From positions 438,865 through 502,864 of the forward strand of contig NW_025766525.1 in NCBI RefSeq assembly GCF_003918875.1: DNA of 64,000 nucleotides. Reading direction: 5' to 3'. Below are positions 61,560-64,000 of the stretch, piece after piece. The translations under genes and the position numbers were made by a program. How positions within the stretch are numbered: the first letter of the stretch is position 1; every line of letters begins with the position of its first letter. This DNA comes from Haliotis rubra. Its lineage: Eukaryota. The notes below the pieces were generated by a model that was not told where the DNA came from, searched no databases, and saw only the letters and a program-made list of their open reading frames with translations.

Positions 61560-61750
61560 TATGAGGACATTTGTACATGCTGCAGTTAATGTCAAGAATG
61601 AGGACATTTGTACATGCTGCATTTAATGGCAAGAATGAGGACATTTGTACATTCTGCAGTTAATGTCAAGAATGAGGACATTTCTACATGCTGCAGTCAA
61701 GAATAAGGACATTTGTACATGCTGCAGTTAATGTCAAGAATAAGGACATT
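61560..61750. repeat. About 37 bp x5 tandem repeat (tgcagttaatgtcaagaatgaggacatttgtacatgc)
   Basis: Direct reading. Confidence 0.85.
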
Positions 61751-61854
61751 TGTATCTAAGTTATTGTCAGTGTCAGTAATAACATTTGCACAGTGAGACC
61801 CTGGATACCTGGACACATTTGTTTTTGGGTAAATCGTCCGGATAACTGAACATC

Positions 61855-61985
61855 CAGATATATGGCGGCGGTCTGTAAATAATCGAGTCTGGACCAGACA
61901 ATCCAGTGATCAACAGCATGAGCATCGGTCTGTGCAATTGGGAACCGATGACATGTGTCAACCAAGTCAGTGAGCCTGACCATGT
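61855..61985 (-). mobile_element. SINE family B fragment (internal part only)
   Basis: atatggcggcggtctgtaaataatcgagtctggaccagacaatccagtgatcaacagcatgagcatcggtctgtgcaattgggaaccgatgacatgtgtcaaccaagtcagtgagcctgacca. Confidence 0.65.
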
Positions 61986-62015
61986 TCTTTATTTGTGACC
62001 ATGTCGATGATTAAA

Positions 62016-62975
62016 TCATCTGACAAGAGCCTTGCCAGTCTCAACCTGGATGTCAACGTCGACAAGCTCAGAAAGTACCAGGTCTTCGTCTGGTTGAGAC
62101 AGGATATCAACGTGGCAGAAGCAGTAAGCTAACTGCATCTTAAGCTTGTTTAACCAGCACATAAAGCTACAGTTACTCTTTCTTTGGATCTTTTCCTTCA
62201 CGGAACTGGTTTTTAAGCCAATGTGTAATTTGGACCTAACTTGTAGAACAGACCAGTCTCATCCGTGTTCAAAATGTCATTATGGTCAAAATTGTCCAAA
62301 ACTTTCTTCAGCTCCACCCTCCCCTTAATAACTGCATCTTTATCTGCATTAGCAGCATTGCCTTGATAGTTCTTTTTCGAAATGTTATGGCGAGATTTAA
62401 AGCATGACAGCCAATTCCGAGAATACGTGAAGTCGAAAACATTTAACTTTTCCCCGATTTCTTTTGCCTTTTCTGGTGGCATTTGATCATTTACCAGTAC
62501 ATTTTGACTTGAAACACCGCTAAGCCAAGATTAAGAGGTTCTTCAAGTTTCTGATGTTGACCATTTCTCGATCGGGATAGGTCCGAAGAATTGCCTGGTG
62601 TGTCAAGCCATTTTTCTTTTTCTTCTTTGATTGGCATTCTAGAAGTTGGGTAGACGAGGAATGAGGACTTTTTATGGATATACAACTTCTTCATTCTGTA
62701 TTGACGATGTTTTGACATAGATCCTATGACATTAGAATCTATGTCGCCTATACAGAATAAAGAAGTTGTATATCCATATAAATAGTCCTCATTCTTCATT
62801 TTTCTTTTTGCTTGATTATGTTGCCGATCGTTGACTTTCGAATCATATGTCCAAAAACCTGTCGAAAATGTTTGCTAACTAAGCTTACTTTGGGATTTTG
62901 TTCTTTGTAAACACAGATCTCTTCTTTTCCTTGGCTGTCACTGCATAGCGTTTGCGTTTAGTAGGTTGACTGGCC
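62016..62975 (-). pseudogene. pogo/Tigger-family (CENP-B-like) transposase relic: N-terminal HTH domains and the start of the DDE domain, frameshifted, 3'-truncated and interrupted by a MITE
   Basis: Minus-strand translation from about 62975 gives MASQPTKRKRYAVTAKEKKEICVYKEQNPKVSLVSKHFRQVFGHMIRKSTIGNIIKQKEK (the CENP-B/Tigger N-terminal HTH: KRK…L…EK…I…NP…S…IA…F…STI…ILK.KEK). Further on it gives …SRNWLSCFKSRHNISKKNYQGNAANADKDAVIKGRVELKKVLDNFDHNDILNTDETGLFYKL (the second HTH and the conserved N-DETGLF motif of the first catalytic Asp). No intact ORF and no TIRs were identified. Confidence 0.65.
62656..62797. mobile_element. MITE (about 142 bp, about 45 bp TIRs) nested inside the Tigger-like transposase relic
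   Basis: Left arm gaggaatgaggactttttatggatatacaacttcttcattctgtat is the RC of right arm atacagaataaagaagttgtatatccatataaatagtcctcattcttc. It interrupts the transposase reading frame between the two HTH segments. Confidence 0.75.
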
Positions 62976-63849
62976 ATTGGGGATCAATTTTGAAAGACAA
63001 CCAATGCTAATTTGAAGGATGCCTCACAACTGACTTGAATATAAACACACTGCACTTTATCGCTTTGACTCGATAAACAACTTAACAGCTAGAACTCAAT
63101 GGTTCACTCCGTGTCAGATAGGTCTACTACTCACCACCAATACCCTGCTGACCGGTCAATAATCCGGATTAGCAGACATTGTCTTGTGTCAAGACACGTG
63201 GGACTCTTGCACTTCACTTCGCACAGTCAACGGAAGATCAAGGCTTTGTGCGGTTAAGAGAGTCAATTTTATTTAGCCGGTTGATTTGTAAAATTTACCG
63301 TCTGGAAATGGACGTTTTTGACAGTCACTTTTATAACGTAAGACATTGTTTTTTTCCTGAAGATTGACCAGATGGTAAGGTTTCCTGATAGCCGGGGTCC
63401 CACTGTATACATGTTACAGTCAATGTGGACAATAAGGCTATTAGTATACATAACGCCTGATTACAGACCTTGATAGTAGCATGGACTCTACTTAGCACTT
63501 GATTTCTCCAGACCGGATCAATCGGACGGGATGTTTGAAAATATTTTTGTAAGAATAGGATGCTATTTGGGTGTGTTAGGTTTCACAACACAGAATGTCA
63601 CTTATTGTAAATATGGAATTGGACATACTGTGTCTGTTGCAGGTATTGCATAAACAGCAGTGATCGAGTTGAAACTCAGGAAGTAGTTAATCTTCACTCC
63701 TCTCACAAATAAAGACAAAAGTCACGCTAGTTCTCAAGTTCTGACAAGTTTCAGATGTCAGCCCTGTAGTTATTAATGCTAAAGGAAGCTGTTCAAATTC
63801 AAGTTTTGGTTTTTCAGTGACTGTTTGAAAGCTGATTTTTCCATTTTAA

Positions 63850-64000
63850 GAGTGAGTGAGTTGAGTTTTACGCTGCACTCAGCAACATTCCAGCTATATG
63901 GCGGCGGTCTGTAAATAATTGAGTCTGGACCAGACGATCCTGTGATCAACAGCGTGAGCATCGATCTGCGCAATTGGGAACTGACGACATGTGTTCCATT
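63850..64000 (-). mobile_element. SINE family B copy, running off the window end
   Basis: gagtgagtgagttgagttttacgctgcactcagcaacattccagctatatggcggcggtctgtaaataattgagtctggaccagacgatcctgtgatcaacagcgtgagcatcgatctgcgcaattgggaactgacgacatgtg. Confidence 0.7.

Overview
This 64 kb window is eukaryotic nuclear DNA, most likely from a metazoan. It has spliceosomal introns, tRNA-derived SINEs and kb-scale minisatellites, and nothing that resembles prokaryotic operons, CRISPR arrays or defence islands. One large plus-strand gene spans about 12.6-59.1 kb. Its 16 recognisable coding exons start at a CpG-rich promoter with a perfect Kozak ATG, encode WD-repeat beta strands, then a Ser-rich linker and a short coiled coil, and end at a TAG stop. 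The exon peptides resemble what I recall of vertebrate WDCP/C2orf44, but this comes from memory and is not verified. The introns are dominated by at least 12 unrelated minisatellite arrays with 19-87 bp units and 0.4-2.6 kb lengths. One array has tandemly copied the 5' end and acceptor of exon 4. Exon 7 carries a 13 bp frameshifting tandem insertion. The window also contains relics of a Tc1/mariner transposon with TIRs, an LTR-retrotransposon pol fragment, and a pogo/Tigger transposase interrupted by a nested MITE. There are three SINE families, two of which share a 3' tail and have visible TSDs. Further repeats include a MITE/foldback family, a 147 bp palindrome, a roughly 190 bp tandem satellite carrying a retroposed tRNA-like insert, and microsatellites. 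Most long ORFs in the supplied track are translated minisatellites and are rejected. I found no evidence for a novel biological system. The most interesting objects are the frameshifted exon and the overlaps between minisatellites and exons.
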